Assembly (NCBI GenBank): GCA_038087875.1
Contig: JAXLNO010000655.1
Span: 248,001 to 312,000, forward strand
Origin: Malacoraja senta
Lineage: Eukaryota
DNA: 64,000 nt
Direction of reading: 5' to 3'
The notes under the pieces are model-generated. The model worked only from the letters and a program-made list of their open reading frames with translations. It was not told where the DNA came from and made no database searches. Below are positions 62,695 to 64,000 of this stretch, in pieces. A program made the translations under genes and the position numbers. The stretch's first letter is position 1, and every line of letters begins with the position of its first letter.

Positions 62695-63197
62695 CGCAAA
62701 ATAGAGAGAGTACAGAGGAGATTTACTAGAATGTTGCCTGGGTTTCAGCAACTAAGTTACAGAGAAAGGTTGAACAAGTTAGGTCTTTATTCTTTGGAGC
62801 GCAGAAGGTTAAGAGGGACTTGATAGAGGTCTTTAAAATTATGAGCGGGTTAGACAGAGTTGACGTGGATAAAGCTTTTCCATTGAGAGTAGGGAAGATT
62901 CAAACAAGGGGACATGACTTGAGAATTAAGGGACAGAAGTTAGGCATTGGGGAACTTCTTTACTCAGAGAGTGGTTGCTGTGTGGAATGAGCTTCCAGTG
63001 GAAGTGGTGGAGGCAGGTTTGTTTTTATCCTTTAAAATAGGAATGGACGGGAAAGGAATGGAGGTTATGGTCTGAGTGCAGGTAGATGGGACTAGGGGGA
63101 AGTAAGAAGAAAGGGGGGGGGGGAAGTGTTCGGCACGGACTTGAAGGGCCGAGATGGCCTGTTTCCGTGCTGTAATGGTTATATGGTTATATGGTTA
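62695..63197 (+). mobile_element. Second copy of the 59678 CR1 subfamily, rich in small deletions
   Basis: Aligns to 60140-60700 with many homopolymer and short deletions. Confidence 0.9.
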
Positions 63198-63540
63198 CTC
63201 TAGTCCCACATGCCTGCTATTGGCCCATATCCCTCTAAACCTATGTGTAGGAAAGAACTGCAGATGCTGGTTTAAATCGATGGATCAACTCAGCGGGACA
63301 GGCAGCATCTCTGGAGAGAAGGAATGGGTGACGTTTCGTGTCGAGACCTTTATACAATCACCCCTAATCCTCCTATGCACCAAGGAACAGAGTCCTAGCC
63401 TGCTCAACTTCTCCCTGTTGCTCAGGCCCTCAGGTCTTGACAACATCCTTGTTAATCTTCCCTGCACCCTTTCCAGCTAGGCAACATCTTTCCTATAATA
63501 TGGTACCCAGAGCTGGACACATTGCTCTGAGTACAACAGT

Positions 63541-63568
63541 CTGAAGAAGGGTCTCGACCCGAAACGTC
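63541..63568 (+). ncRNA. Minimal type I hammerhead ribozyme core (Penelope-associated)
   Basis: CTGAAGA (63541-47), A, stem II GGGTC/GACCC, GAAAC, GTC cleavage triplet; palindromic ACGT helix III. Confidence 0.65.
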
Positions 63569-63774
63569 ACCCATTCCTTCTCTCCAGAGATGCTGCCTGT
63601 CCCGCTGAGTTATTCCAGCATTTTGTGTCCCTCTAAACCAACCCTCTCCATGTACCCGTCTACATGTTTCTGACAAGTTACGACAGTACCTGCCTCAGCT
63701 ACCACCTCCAACCACTTGTCCCATACACCCACCGCCTCTTTGTGTAAAAAAGTTACCCCTCAGGGTCCCACTAA

Positions 63775-64000
63775 AGGGCCTGTCCCACTTTCACGACCTA
63801 ATTCACGACCTCTGCCGAGTTTGCCCTCGACTCATACTCGCAGCATGGTCGTCACGAGGTCGTAGGAGGTCGTAGGTAGGTCGTAGGTAGGCCGTGATGC
63901 TAGCGTAGGTTCTCGTGGCATCAAGTAGGTCGGGCGTTTTCTAGCCTGATGAAAATGTCCACGAGTAAAAAAGGTCGTGAGTTAGGTCGTGAAAGTTGGA
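63775..64000. mobile_element. PIF/Harbinger-like MITE (body type B), right end cut by the window
   Basis: TAA|AGGGCCTGTCCCACTTTCACGACCTAATTCACGACC; homologous to 12277-12524. Confidence 0.85.

Overview
Eukaryotic, very repeat-dense vertebrate DNA, most likely from a skate or ray (inferred from HE1-type V-SINEs, HER1/CR1 LINEs and SacSINE1-like DeuSINE relics). I found no intact multi-exon host gene, so this is intergenic or deep intronic sequence, with a 200-N assembly gap at 41783-41982. Nearly all ORF-track proteins are transposon fragments or chimeras. The window holds many 5'-truncated CR1 LINEs, three L1 copies with target-site duplications (TSDs; one has an uninterrupted ~730-codon ORF2 part), RTE and Rex1/Babar LINE fragments, about 25 tRNA-derived V-SINEs, Penelope-like 3' ends, and hAT and PIF/Harbinger MITEs, often nested. 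Highlights: (1) a 4.2-kb hAT-type element (16936-21116) that splits a CR1 and carries a TDP2-like (UBA-like domain) first exon with its splice donor, i.e. a candidate vertebrate Pack-type gene-capturing transposon; (2) many Penelope-derived fold-back mini-elements with minimal hammerhead-ribozyme cores (CTGAAGA-A-GGGTC-TC-GACCC-GAAAC-GTC) and their own TSDs; (3) five Harbinger-like MITEs with four unrelated bodies but shared termini; (4) a 34-bp loopless palindromic insertion with an 8-bp TSD. Family and gene names are from recall, not database searches.
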